Source of the DNA: Solirubrobacteraceae bacterium
Lineage (GTDB): Bacteria > Actinomycetota > Thermoleophilia > Solirubrobacterales > Solirubrobacteraceae
Reading direction: 5' to 3'
NCBI GenBank assembly: GCA_017882445.1
Contig: JADGPK010000009.1
Location: 9,309 to 73,308, forward strand
Length of the DNA: 64,000 bases
The translations under genes and the position numbers were made by a program. The notes below the pieces were generated by a model. The model was given only the letters and a program-made list of their open reading frames with translations. It searched no databases and had not been told where the DNA came from. Shown piece by piece: positions 19,992-29,367 of the stretch. Numbering within the stretch: the first letter of the stretch is position 1; each line of letters begins with the position of its first letter.

Positions 19992-20363
19992 CTATTGTGC
20001 CTGGGCGGCGGTAAGGTCGGCGCGCAGCGCGCGGGCCTCGCCGAGAAAGACGTGCGCGGGCTTGTGGTCGTCGTCGGCGTGGTAGTGGATCAGCACCCTG
20101 ATGACGCGCGGCATCGAACCCGGGACGGGAATCTCGCGCGCGCACAGCAGCGGGACGGTGTCGAAGCCGATCGCGCGGGCGGCGACCGCGGGGAACTCGG
20201 CATCGAGGTCCTCGGTGACCGTGAAGATGCAGCTCACGACCCGTTCCGGCGTCAGTCCGTTGCGCTGGGCGATCGCCTGCATCAGATCTCTGGTCGCGTC
20301 GAGTATCTCCTGCGCACCGTTGCGCTCGACGCTGATGGCGCCCCGCAGGGCGAACAGTCGCAT
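19992..20363 (-). CDS. aroH: Chorismate mutase, AroH (Bacillus-type) class
   Basis: ALRGAI, FTVTEDLDAEFPAVAAR, EIPVPGSMPRVIRVL, LRADL. Confidence 0.92.
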   Translation of the reverse strand: MRLFALRGAISVERNGAQEILDATRDLMQAIAQRNGLTPERVVSCIFTVTEDLDAEFPAVAARAIGFDTVPLLCAREIPVPGSMPRVIRVLIHYHADDDHKPAHVFLGEARALRADLTAAQAQ

Positions 20364-20377
20364 GGGCCGCGATTCTG

Positions 20378-21079
20378 TCAGAGCGAGAGCGCTCGGAGGC
20401 GCTCGACCTCGACCTGGCGCAGCCGCCGGTGGGCGCCCGGCTCGAGGTCTCCGAGCGACAGCGGGCCGAAGCGTGTCCGCACCAGCTCGAGCACCGGGTG
20501 ACCGACCGCCTCACACATGCGCCGCACCTGACGGTTGCGCCCCTCGTGGATCGTCAGCTCGATCTCATCGTCACCCACGCAGCGAACCCGGGCAGGCGCT
20601 GTCGGGCCGTCCTCGAGCTCCACGCCCTCACGCAGCGCGCTCAGCTCCGCCCGTGAGATCGGTCCGCCGCCGAGCCTGGCCCGATAGGTCTTGGGCACCT
20701 CGTAGCGCGGATGCATCAGCCGGTTGGCGAGCTCGCCGTCGTTGGTGAGCAGGATCAGGCCGCTGCTATCGAGGTCCAGGCGCCCGACCGGGTACAGACG
20801 CAGGCCTTCAGCGGAAACGAGATCGAGGACCGTCGGGCGCCCGTGGGTGTCCCGGGCGCTCGAGACCACACCGACGGGCTTGTGCAGCGCAAGCAGCACG
20901 CGCGGCTCCGAGCCGGCCAGCGTCCGCCCGTCGAGAGCCACCCTTGAGTGCTCGCTCACGTCACGGGCGGGATCGGTGACGAGTTGCCCGTCGACGGTCA
21001 CGCGTCCGGCCGCGATCAGCGTCTCGGCCGAGCGCCGGGAGGCGACGCCCGCGTGCGCGAGGTACTTGGCTAGGCGCAT
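20378..21079 (-). CDS. rluB: Pseudouridine synthase, RsuA/RluB family
   Basis: MRLAKYLAHAGVASRR S4 domain, YPVGRLDLDSSGL, EGRNRQVRRM; near scpAB as usual for rluB. Confidence 0.85.
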   Translation of the reverse strand: MRLAKYLAHAGVASRRSAETLIAAGRVTVDGQLVTDPARDVSEHSRVALDGRTLAGSEPRVLLALHKPVGVVSSARDTHGRPTVLDLVSAEGLRLYPVGRLDLDSSGLILLTNDGELANRLMHPRYEVPKTYRARLGGGPISRAELSALREGVELEDGPTAPARVRCVGDDEIELTIHEGRNRQVRRMCEAVGHPVLELVRTRFGPLSLGDLEPGAHRRLRQVEVERLRALSL

Positions 21080-21155
21080 CGTCGCTGTCCGGTGGCGAGG
21101 CTCATCTGCTGCAACCATAGGAGGCCCGAACCGCCGCAGGCGGGCCGGATCGACA

Positions 21156-22196
21156 ATGGACCTCCTCAAGCTCGACCAGACACTCGCCGATCGCGGTGAG
21201 CCAGGCTTTCGTGCCTGCCAGGTGTGGGCATGGGCGGCGCGCGGCGCGCGCTCGTATGAGGACATGACGGACATCTCCACAGAGCTGCGCGACGTGCTGG
21301 CTCGCGAGCTGCCCTTCTCCAGCCTCAGCCTGCAGGAGGAGGCGCACTCGGACGACGGGACGCTCAAGGCCCTGTTCGCCACCGCCGACGGTCGGCCGCT
21401 CGAGGCGGTCCTGATGCGCTTCCGCGATGGACGGCGCTCGATCTGCGTCTCCTCGCAGTCGGGCTGCCCTCTGACATGCAAGTTCTGCGCGACCGGAGCG
21501 ATGAAGTTCGCCCGCAACCTGAGCGCCTCGGAGATACTCGATCAGGCCCTGCACTTCCGCCGCGTCGAGCCGATCGACCATTGCGTGTTCATGGGCATGG
21601 GCGAGCCGATGCTCAACCTCGACGCGGTCCTCGCGGCCTGCGAACGCCTGCCGGACCTCGGCGTGACCCACCGGCGCACGACGATCTCGACCGTGGGCTG
21701 GATACCGGGCATCGAACAGCTGGCCGAGTCTGAGATGCCGATCCGCCTGGCGCTGTCGCTGCACGCGGCCGAGGAAGCGCTGCGATCGGAGCTGATGCCA
21801 GTCAACGAACGCTTCCCGCTGACGGATGTGATCGAGGCCTGCCGCGCGTTCTATGCGCGCAAGCGAAGACGCGTGTTCATCGAGTACGTGATGCTCGCGG
21901 GGGTCAACGACCGCTACGAGCAGGCCCTGGCGCTGGCCCATCTGCTGTCGGGACCGGGGGCAGGCGGACGTTCGCGGTCGGCCGAGCCGATCTTCAAGGT
22001 CAACCTGATCCCCTACAACCCGACCGGCTCACCCTACGAGGGCTCGACCCGAGAGTCGATCGCCGCCTTCCGCGCCGCGCTCGAGGCGCAGGGCGTTCCC
22101 GTGACCGTCCGCCTCACCCGCGGCCGCGACATAGCCGCCGCCTGCGGCCAGCTCGCCGCGAGCGTCCAGGACCAGCGTTCGACCCTCAGCTCCTAG
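21156..22196 (+). CDS. rlmN: 23S rRNA m2A2503 / tRNA radical-SAM methyltransferase
   Basis: CVSSQSGCPLTCKFC (CxxxCxxC), MGMGEP, SLHA, NLIPYNP, AACGQL; ATG at 21156. Confidence 0.93.
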   Translation: MDLLKLDQTLADRGEPGFRACQVWAWAARGARSYEDMTDISTELRDVLARELPFSSLSLQEEAHSDDGTLKALFATADGRPLEAVLMRFRDGRRSICVSSQSGCPLTCKFCATGAMKFARNLSASEILDQALHFRRVEPIDHCVFMGMGEPMLNLDAVLAACERLPDLGVTHRRTTISTVGWIPGIEQLAESEMPIRLALSLHAAEEALRSELMPVNERFPLTDVIEACRAFYARKRRRVFIEYVMLAGVNDRYEQALALAHLLSGPGAGGRSRSAEPIFKVNLIPYNPTGSPYEGSTRESIAAFRAALEAQGVPVTVRLTRGRDIAAACGQLAASVQDQRSTLSS

Positions 22197-22329
22197 GAGG
22201 ACGTGGGCCAAGCAGGGGTAGGACGCAGGGAGCGTGGCGTACCGATCGATCGAAGCTCGGAGGGAGCTCCGATCGGCCAGCACGCGAGCGACCGAGGACA
22301 CCCCCCTGCGCCGGCCCACGTCCTCCTAG
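22193..22329. mobile_element. MITE-like element / long inverted repeat between convergent rlmN and scpB
   Basis: Perfect 17-bp inverted repeat ctaggaggacgtgggcc (22193-22209) / ggcccacgtcctcctag (22313-22329), readable as CTAG target site plus 13-bp TIR; no ORF inside. Confidence 0.55.
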
Positions 22330-22955
22330 CTCGCGCGGGCCTCGCCGGCGCGCAAGAGTCGCTCGCGCAGCTCGGCCTGCTCATCGGGGCTCGCGTCCCA
22401 GCGGGCGACGTCGGGCAGCTCCTCGAGGCTGCGCAGCCCGAACAGCTTCAGGAAGTGGCTGTTCGTGCGGTAGAGCACCGCCCCGAACTGCGAGCTTCCG
22501 GCCTCTTCGATCAGGCCACGCTCGAGCAGCGTGGCGGTCGCAGAGTCGGCGCTCACGCCACGGATGCGCGTGATCTCCGGACGCGATACCGGCTGCATGT
22601 AGGCGACGATCGCGAGCGTCTCGGCCTGCGCGGGCGTGAGGGTGGAGGCTCGCGGGCGGCTCAACAGCCGTCTGGCGGCGTCCTCGGTGGAGGGGTCGCT
22701 CGCGAGCGTCCAGCCGCCGCCCAGCTCGCGCAGGCGCAGACCACGGCGTCCGGGGGCGTACTGCTCGGCGAGCACCGCCAGCGCGGCGAGCACCGCCCCC
22801 TCCCCCGCCTCGGTCGCGTCGGCGAGCTCGGCAGGGCTCAGGGGATCCGCTGAGAGGAACAGAAGGGCCTCGACGGTGCGCGCGAGAGACGGAAGCTCCG
22901 CCTCGTGCTCGACGGCGGCGCCGGAGGGCTTCCTGGCGTCTGCTGCGTCGCTCAC
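22326..22955 (-). CDS. scpB: Segregation and condensation protein B
   Basis: VEALLF, ETLAIVAYMQPVSRPEITRIRGV, LYRTNSHFLKLFGL; GTG at 22955 overlaps the scpA stop. Confidence 0.93.
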   Translation of the reverse strand: MSDAADARKPSGAAVEHEAELPSLARTVEALLFLSADPLSPAELADATEAGEGAVLAALAVLAEQYAPGRRGLRLRELGGGWTLASDPSTEDAARRLLSRPRASTLTPAQAETLAIVAYMQPVSRPEITRIRGVSADSATATLLERGLIEEAGSSQFGAVLYRTNSHFLKLFGLRSLEELPDVARWDASPDEQAELRERLLRAGEARAS

Positions 22956-23734
22956 CCCGCCGGTCCCCCGGACCCTCCCCCGGCCAGCGCGAGCGCCGGC
23001 GCGGGCGCCTGGCGGGAGAGACCGCGGACGGAGATCTCGCCGAAGCACTCCTGCTGCGCCCACCCGGCCTCGCCGCGTTTGTAGAGCTCGAGCAGCGCAA
23101 AGAGGGTCACCGCGACGGTCATGCGATCGGCGCCGCGCACGGCGTCATCGAAGCTGAAGCAGCCGCGGCGCAACAGACCCCGCAGGTACTCCAGCCGCTC
23201 GGCGACCGACACCCTGGGCATCGCTATGTGGCGCACGTTGATCGACGGCGGCACCAGCAGCAGCCGGCCGATCGCCTCGCCGAGCACGTCCGGGTTCTGT
23301 GAGCCGTCGGCCTGCAGGACGATCGAGCGGCGCAGGTTCGCAGGCAGCGGCGCCGCGCGGAAGCGGACGCCGTGCTCGCCGGCGAGCAGGTCAGCGAGAT
23401 GCGCGGACGCGGCTCGGTAGCGGCGGGCGTCGAGCATGCGTGCGAGCAGCTCCTCGGCGGCCTGCTCGGGCTCGATGTCGAGCAGCTGCTCCTCTTCGCC
23501 GGTCAGCATCAGCCTCGACTTGAGCTCCAAGAGCGCCGCTATCAACACGATGAACTCGGTGGACGTCTCGAGGTCGAGCTCGCCGCGCCGCTCGAGATGG
23601 TCGAGGTAGGCGAGCACGACGTCGGCGAGCGCCAGCTCGAGCAGGTCGACCTCTTCGCGCAGCACCAGCGTGAGCAGCAGGTCGAACGGACCGCTGAACA
23701 CGTCCAGATCGAGCTCGAGCGCGGCGAGGCTCAC
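22952..23734 (-). CDS. scpA: Segregation and condensation protein A (kleisin)
   Basis: FSGPFDLLL, LLELKSRLML, LFALLELYK. Confidence 0.92.
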   Translation of the reverse strand: MSLAALELDLDVFSGPFDLLLTLVLREEVDLLELALADVVLAYLDHLERRGELDLETSTEFIVLIAALLELKSRLMLTGEEEQLLDIEPEQAAEELLARMLDARRYRAASAHLADLLAGEHGVRFRAAPLPANLRRSIVLQADGSQNPDVLGEAIGRLLLVPPSINVRHIAMPRVSVAERLEYLRGLLRRGCFSFDDAVRGADRMTVAVTLFALLELYKRGEAGWAQQECFGEISVRGLSRQAPAPALALAGGGSGGPAG

Positions 23735-23768
23735 GGCTTCACCGGAGCGCTGCTCGTCGATACGGCGA

Positions 23769-24812
23769 TCATCCGTTCACCGTATCGGCCGCTCCCGACG
23801 TGCTCGGAGCGCTCGCGGCGTCCAGCGGGCCGACACCCATGCGCGTGCGTACGTCAAGCAGCGTCGAGGAGGCGATCGCACCGGCCCTGAGCGCTCCCTG
23901 CTGGAGGATCGACTCGAGCGCGGCATCGTCGGCGCGAAGCTCTTCATAGCGCTCTCGCGCCGGCGCGAGGTAAGCGACGACGGCCGCCGCCACGGCCGCC
24001 TTGAAGTCTCCGTAGCGGGCGTCTGAGAACTCGGATTCGATCACCGTGCGCTCGACGCCGCGAACGGCGGCGAGTATTTCGATCAGGTTGCTGATCCCCT
24101 GCTTGTCAGGGGCGCTGCGCACCTCGCTGCCGGAGTCGGTGACGGCGCTCTTGAGCTTCTTCTCGATCTCCCTCGGCTCGTCGAGCACGTACACGGTGCC
24201 CTGAGCGCTGCCGCCGGTCGTGGACATCTTGCGCGCGGGGTCCTGCAGATCCATGATCCGGGCACCGACGGACGGGATGCGGTGCTCGGGGACCACCAGG
24301 ACCTCCTCGCCGCCGCCGAAGCGCGTGTTGAAGCGGCGCGCGACGTCGCGCATCAGCTCGAGGTGCTCGCGCTGGTCCTCCCCGACGGGCACCTCGTCGG
24401 CCCGGTAGGCGAGCACGTCGGCTGCCTGGAGCACCGGGTAGAGAAGGAGCCCCGCGGAGACCAGCTCGCGCTGGGCGATCGACTTGTCGCGGAACTGGTG
24501 CATCCGCTGCAGGCGGCCCAGCTCTGTGACGCTACAGAGCAGCCACGTGAGCTCTGTGTGCTCGGGTACGTCTGACTGGCGGAAGAGGATGCAGCGTTCG
24601 GGGTCAAGGCCTGCCGCGAGCAGGATCGCGGTCGTGTCGTAGAGCCGCTCGCGCAGCTCCGCGGGGTCGTAGGCGACCGTGATCGCGTGCAGGTCGACGA
24701 TGCAGAAGATGCCCTCGCCGCGCTCCTGACTGGAGATGTACTGGGCGATCGCGCCGATGTAGTTGCCGAGGTGCTTGCGACCGGTCGGCTGGATGCCCGA
24801 GAAGATGCGCAC
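23769..24812 (-). CDS. trpS: Tryptophanyl-tRNA synthetase
   Basis: FSGIQPTG, HLGNYIGA, YPVLQAAD, VPVGEDQ, KMSTT (KMSKS variant). Confidence 0.96.
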   Translation of the reverse strand: MRIFSGIQPTGRKHLGNYIGAIAQYISSQERGEGIFCIVDLHAITVAYDPAELRERLYDTTAILLAAGLDPERCILFRQSDVPEHTELTWLLCSVTELGRLQRMHQFRDKSIAQRELVSAGLLLYPVLQAADVLAYRADEVPVGEDQREHLELMRDVARRFNTRFGGGEEVLVVPEHRIPSVGARIMDLQDPARKMSTTGGSAQGTVYVLDEPREIEKKLKSAVTDSGSEVRSAPDKQGISNLIEILAAVRGVERTVIESEFSDARYGDFKAAVAAAVVAYLAPARERYEELRADDAALESILQQGALRAGAIASSTLLDVRTRMGVGPLDAASAPSTSGAADTVNG

Positions 24813-24824
24813 CGGGACAGACCG

Positions 24825-26315
24825 CTATAGAGCCTGGCGGATGACCGGGCGCTTGGCCGCCGCGACCTCGTCCAGCCGGCGCACCGGTGTGGTGTAGGGC
24901 GCCCCGCGGGCGATCTCGGGGTCCTCGGCGGCCTCTGAGAGGATCGCGGCGATGGCCTCAGCGAAGGAGTCCAGCGTCTCCTTGGTCTCGGTCTCGGTCG
25001 GCTCGACCATCAGCGCCTCCTCCACGAGCAGAGGGAAGTACACGGTGGGCGGATGGAAGCCGAAGTCGAGCAGCCGCTTGGCGAGATCGAGTGTCTTGAT
25101 CTGCAGGGCCTGCTTCATCGGCCCGCCGGACAGGACGAACTCGTGCATGCACAGCTCGCCGTAGGCGAGCGGCAGATACTCGGCCACGCCGCGCTGCTTC
25201 AAGCGCGCGAGCAGGTAGTTGGCGTTCAGCACGGCCGTCTCGGAGGCGTCCCTCAGCCCGTCGGCGCCGAGCGAGCAGATGTAGGCATAGGCGCGCACGA
25301 AGCAGCCGTAATTGCCGTGGAACCCGCGCAGCCTGCCGATCGACTTCGGCCGCTCGTGATCCAGGTCGAACGCACCGTCCTTCAGGCGCACGACCACCGG
25401 CACGGGCAGGAACGGGGCGACTCGCTCGGAGACCGCGATCGGACCCGACCCGGGTCCGCCTCCGCCGTGCGGCTGGGTGAAGGACTTGTGCAGGTTGAAG
25501 TGCACGATGTCGAATCCCATGTCGCCGGGCCGCGAGAGACCCATGACGGCGTTGAGGTTGGCGCCGTCGTAGTACAGCGTCGCGCCCACCGCGTGGACGA
25601 TCTCGGCGATCTCCGCGATGTTGGGGTCGAACAGGCCGAGCGTGTTGGGGTTCGTGAGCATCAGGCAGGCGACGTCGCCGTCGGCCTTGGCGCGCAGGTC
25701 CTCCACGTCGACGCCACCGTCCTGGTTGGTCGCCACCTTGATGACGTCCAGCCCCGCCATCGTGACCGTCGCGGGGTTGGTTCCGTGGGCGGTGTCGGGG
25801 GTCAGCACCTTGTGACGTGTCTCGCCCCGGTCCTCGTGATAGGCACGCGTGAGCAGAACGCCCGCGAGCTCGCCATGCGAGCCGGCGGACGGCTGCAGCG
25901 AGACGTTGGGCAGGCCGGAGATCTCGGCGAGGGCGCCCTGCAGGTTCCACATCAGCTCGAGCGCGCCCTGCGCGCGCTCGGGGTCCTGCAGCGGGTGGAG
26001 CCGCGCGTGGCCGGGGAGCGCCGCCGTGCGCTCGTGCAGGCGCGGGTTGTGCTTCATAGTGCACGACCCGAGCGGGTAGAAGCCGGAGTCCAGGTCGAAG
26101 TTGCGCTTGGAGAGCCCGACATAGTGGCGCACGATCTCCGGCTCTGAGAGCTCGGGCAGCCGCGGCTCCTGTGCGCGGCGGAAGCCCGCCGGCAGGAGCG
26201 TCTCTGGGTCGACCTCGGGGACTTCGGGCGCAGGGCAGACGAACGCGCGGCGTCCGGGAGCGCCCTTCTGGAAGATCGTCGTTGCACGGTCGCGCTGGAG
26301 CGGCGTGGTGCTCAT
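24825..26315 (-). CDS. gcvPB: Glycine dehydrogenase (decarboxylating) subunit 2
   Basis: YPLGSCTMKHNP, AHGTNPA, NLHKSFTQPHGGGGPG, EPTETE; ATG at 26315. Confidence 0.95.
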   Translation of the reverse strand: MSTTPLQRDRATTIFQKGAPGRRAFVCPAPEVPEVDPETLLPAGFRRAQEPRLPELSEPEIVRHYVGLSKRNFDLDSGFYPLGSCTMKHNPRLHERTAALPGHARLHPLQDPERAQGALELMWNLQGALAEISGLPNVSLQPSAGSHGELAGVLLTRAYHEDRGETRHKVLTPDTAHGTNPATVTMAGLDVIKVATNQDGGVDVEDLRAKADGDVACLMLTNPNTLGLFDPNIAEIAEIVHAVGATLYYDGANLNAVMGLSRPGDMGFDIVHFNLHKSFTQPHGGGGPGSGPIAVSERVAPFLPVPVVVRLKDGAFDLDHERPKSIGRLRGFHGNYGCFVRAYAYICSLGADGLRDASETAVLNANYLLARLKQRGVAEYLPLAYGELCMHEFVLSGGPMKQALQIKTLDLAKRLLDFGFHPPTVYFPLLVEEALMVEPTETETKETLDSFAEAIAAILSEAAEDPEIARGAPYTTPVRRLDEVAAAKRPVIRQAL

Positions 26316-27724
26316 ACGGTCACGGCCTCGGTCGCGGCGCTGTCGCGCTCGGCGGCCATGGCGAGCGCGAGCACGGCGGCGAGGCGGTCGATGTCGGCCC
26401 GCGTGCGCCGCTCGGTGATCGCCACGAGCAGCCCGCCTCGGTCTGCCTCGCGGCCGCTGAGCGCGTGGAGATCGACGCCCGGGTTGACCCCCTCGCTCGC
26501 GCAGCGCCGCTTGACGGCGGCCACGTCGACGTCCAGGCGCACGGCGAACTCTCGGATCACCGGCCGGTCGTGAAGCGGCTCGACGCCTGTGAGCAGCGCG
26601 AGCGTCTCGCGTGCGTAGTGCGTGCGTGCGAGCAAGAGCTCGCCGAGCTCGACGAAGCCGCGGCGGCCGAGCCAGGCCAGGTAGACGACCCCGGCGAGCG
26701 CGTTGAGCGCCTGCGCGGTGCAGATGTTGGAGGTCGCTTTCTCGCGTCGGATGTGCTGCTCGCGGGTCTGCAGCGTCAGGACGAAGCCGCGCCGTCCGTC
26801 GACGTCGACGGTCTCGCCGGCGATGCGGCCGGGCATGCGCCGCAGGTACTCCTCGCGGGCTGCGAACAGCCCGAACGACGGGCCGCCGAAGTCGAGCCGG
26901 TTGCCGAGCGGCTGGCCCTCGCCGACGGCCACGTCGACCCCGCATTCACCCGGCGAGCGCAGCACTCCGAGCGAGATCGGGTCGACCTGCGCGACGACGA
27001 CCGGAGGCTTGGCGCCGTCGCCAGCGGCCCCCTTGGCGGCGGCGCTCAACGCGGCTGCGTCCTCGACCGCGCCATAGAAGTTGGGCTGGGCGAAGAACGC
27101 CGCGCTGGTGTCGCCGTCTATCGCCGCGGCCCACTCCTCAGGGTCGGTGATCCCGCCGGTGAGCCCCACCTCGACGACGTCCATGCCGTAGCCGTGGGCG
27201 TTGGTGCGCAGCGTCTGCAGCGCGTGCGGGTGCAGCCCGGCGCTCGCCACGAAGCGTCCGCCGCCGTTGTGCAGCTTCGCCAGGTAGCCGGCCGCGGCGA
27301 GCGCGGATGGGCCCTCGTAGGCCGACGCGTTGGAGACGGGCAGGCCGGTGAGCTCGGAGATCGCGGTCTGGTACTCGAACATCACCTGCAGGCCACCCTG
27401 GGAGATCTCCGGCTGGTAGGGCGTGTAGGGGGTGAGGAACTCCGAGCGCTCGGTGAGCATGTCGATCAGGGCGGGAACGTAGTGGTCATACATCCCCGCG
27501 CCGAGAAAGCTCAGCTCGTCCTCGGTGCTGGTGTTGCGCTCGGCGAGTGCGCGTAGATGCTCATAGACATCCTGCTCTCCCAGCCCGTGCGGCAGATCGA
27601 GCTCACGGCCCAGGCGGACGGCCTGCGGGATCTGGCGGTCGAAGATCTCCTGCACGGAGCCCACGCCGATCACCGCGAGCATCGCGTCGAGATCGGCCGG
27701 GGTGATGGCGGTGTAGCGACTCAA
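26312..27724 (-). CDS. gcvPA: Glycine dehydrogenase (decarboxylating) subunit 1
   Basis: FLGAGMY, YTPYQPEISQG, TREQHIRREKATSNICT. Confidence 0.95.
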   Translation of the reverse strand: MSRYTAITPADLDAMLAVIGVGSVQEIFDRQIPQAVRLGRELDLPHGLGEQDVYEHLRALAERNTSTEDELSFLGAGMYDHYVPALIDMLTERSEFLTPYTPYQPEISQGGLQVMFEYQTAISELTGLPVSNASAYEGPSALAAAGYLAKLHNGGGRFVASAGLHPHALQTLRTNAHGYGMDVVEVGLTGGITDPEEWAAAIDGDTSAAFFAQPNFYGAVEDAAALSAAAKGAAGDGAKPPVVVAQVDPISLGVLRSPGECGVDVAVGEGQPLGNRLDFGGPSFGLFAAREEYLRRMPGRIAGETVDVDGRRGFVLTLQTREQHIRREKATSNICTAQALNALAGVVYLAWLGRRGFVELGELLLARTHYARETLALLTGVEPLHDRPVIREFAVRLDVDVAAVKRRCASEGVNPGVDLHALSGREADRGGLLVAITERRTRADIDRLAAVLALAMAAERDSAATEAVTV

Positions 27725-27747
27725 CTACCGGCAGCCTAGAGGATCGC

Positions 27748-28146
27748 CTACCCGCCCAGCCCGGCCTTGTAGGTGGCGGCGTCGAGCAGCGCCTCGCTCT
27801 CGGAGGGATCTGAGAGGCGCACCTTGACCAGCCAGCCCTCGCCGTAGGGATCCTCGTTGATCATGGCCGGGTTCTCGACGAGGGCGTCGTTGACCTCGAC
27901 GATCTCCCCGGAGAGCGGCGCGATCACGTCGGAGACCGCCTTGACGGACTCCACCTCGGCGTAGGAGGCGTCCTTCGTGAGCATCGTGCCGACTGGCGGC
28001 GGATCGAAGAACACGACCTCTCCGAGCGCGTCCTGCGCGTACCAGGTGATGCCCATCGTGGCCTGCTCGGCGTCGCCGGCGTCGATGCGCGCCCAATCGT
28101 GTTCGGGGTGGTAGAGCAGGTCATCGGGGTAGCTGGCCTGGGCCAT
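27748..28146 (-). CDS. gcvH: Glycine cleavage system H protein
   Basis: EHDWA, EVESVKAVSD (lipoyl-Lys), DPYGEGWL. Confidence 0.96.
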   Translation of the reverse strand: MAQASYPDDLLYHPEHDWARIDAGDAEQATMGITWYAQDALGEVVFFDPPPVGTMLTKDASYAEVESVKAVSDVIAPLSGEIVEVNDALVENPAMINEDPYGEGWLVKVRLSDPSESEALLDAATYKAGLGG

Positions 28147-29253
28147 TCACGAGCCCTTTCTGTAGAGCGGCTTGTCCTTGACTACGGCGGGGCGCATCTT
28201 GCCACGAACGTCTATCTGGAGACGGGTGCCCGTAGCGGCGTGCTCGACGGGGACGTAGGCCAGGCCGATGCCCGTCTGCAGGCACGGCGACAGCGTGCCG
28301 CTGGTGACCTCGCCCCCCCCGATCACACGGTTGCCCTGCCGGGCGATCCCGGGCCCATCGATGGCGAAGGCGACGAGCCTCTCCGCCGGCCCACCGCTCA
28401 CAGAGCGCCCGGCGCGCGCGGCGGCCACGGCCTGCGAGCCGATGAACCCGGTCTCCTCCTTGCAGCACCACCCCAGGCCCGCTTCGATCGGACCGCGATC
28501 GACGCTCAGATCGTTGCCGTACAGGTGGAAGCAGACCTCCAGGCGCAGCGTGTCCCGCGCGCCGAGTCCCGCGGGCACGGCGCCGCGCCGCACGATCGCG
28601 TCCCACAGCGCCTCCGCCCGGTCGGGCGGGCAGAGCAACTCGACGCCTTCCTCGCCGGTGTAGCCGGTGCCGCAGACGAGCACCTCGTCGCCGCCGAGCC
28701 GCCGGGGCTCGGCGGTCATGCGCGCGGGCAGCGGGGAATCGGAGATCGCCTGGACCATCTCCAACGCCAGCGGACCCTGGACGGCGAGCATCGCCCAGTC
28801 CTCGATCCGGTCGGTCACCTGCGCTTCTGGAAAGGCCTCGGCATGGGCGCGGAACCACTCCAGATCGCGGGCGTGGTTGGCGGCGTTGGTGACCGTCAGG
28901 TAGCGATCCACGTCGAGCCGGTAGGTGAAGAGGTCGTCGAGCACGCCGCCGTCCTCGCGGCAGAGCACGCTGTATTGGGCGCCACCGCCCTTGCCGGCGA
29001 GCGGGACCTTGGCGACGTCGTTGGAGAGCAGCCGTTGGAGCAGCTCGAGCGCCTGGGGGCCGCTCGTTTCGATCTCGCCCATATGCGACACGTCGAAGAT
29101 CCCGCAGGCCTCGCGCACGGCGATGTGCTCCTGGCGAACGGCGGGCGGGCCCCCGTACTGGACGGGCATCTCCCAGCCGGCGAAGTCGACCATCTTCGCG
29201 CCCGCCGCCACGTGGCGCTCGAACAGCGGTGTACGGCGCGGGGTCCTCAGCAT
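28147..29253 (-). CDS. gcvT: Glycine cleavage system aminomethyltransferase T
   Basis: RTPLF, FAGWEMPVQY, FDVSHMGE, TGYTGE, GLGARDTLRLE. ATG at 29253 is preceded by a TAGCCT -10 element 7 nt upstream. Confidence 0.95.
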   Translation of the reverse strand: MLRTPRRTPLFERHVAAGAKMVDFAGWEMPVQYGGPPAVRQEHIAVREACGIFDVSHMGEIETSGPQALELLQRLLSNDVAKVPLAGKGGGAQYSVLCREDGGVLDDLFTYRLDVDRYLTVTNAANHARDLEWFRAHAEAFPEAQVTDRIEDWAMLAVQGPLALEMVQAISDSPLPARMTAEPRRLGGDEVLVCGTGYTGEEGVELLCPPDRAEALWDAIVRRGAVPAGLGARDTLRLEVCFHLYGNDLSVDRGPIEAGLGWCCKEETGFIGSQAVAAARAGRSVSGGPAERLVAFAIDGPGIARQGNRVIGGGEVTSGTLSPCLQTGIGLAYVPVEHAATGTRLQIDVRGKMRPAVVKDKPLYRKGS

Positions 29254-29341
29254 CGGCCCCAGGCTATCGAGGAAGCCGTGCTCCCTCCCGCTCGGCCCTC
29301 CGTGGGGCGATGGCCGCGTGGCCTGTGTTGCACTTTGCGGA

Positions 29342-29367
29342 CGCTGTATCACCATGGTGATACAGCG
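29342..29367. repeat. Perfect 26-bp palindrome cgctgtatcaccatggtgatacagcg
   Basis: Read directly; embedded in a longer imperfect inverted repeat (cacttt/aaagtg, cgtgg/ccacg). Confidence 0.9.
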
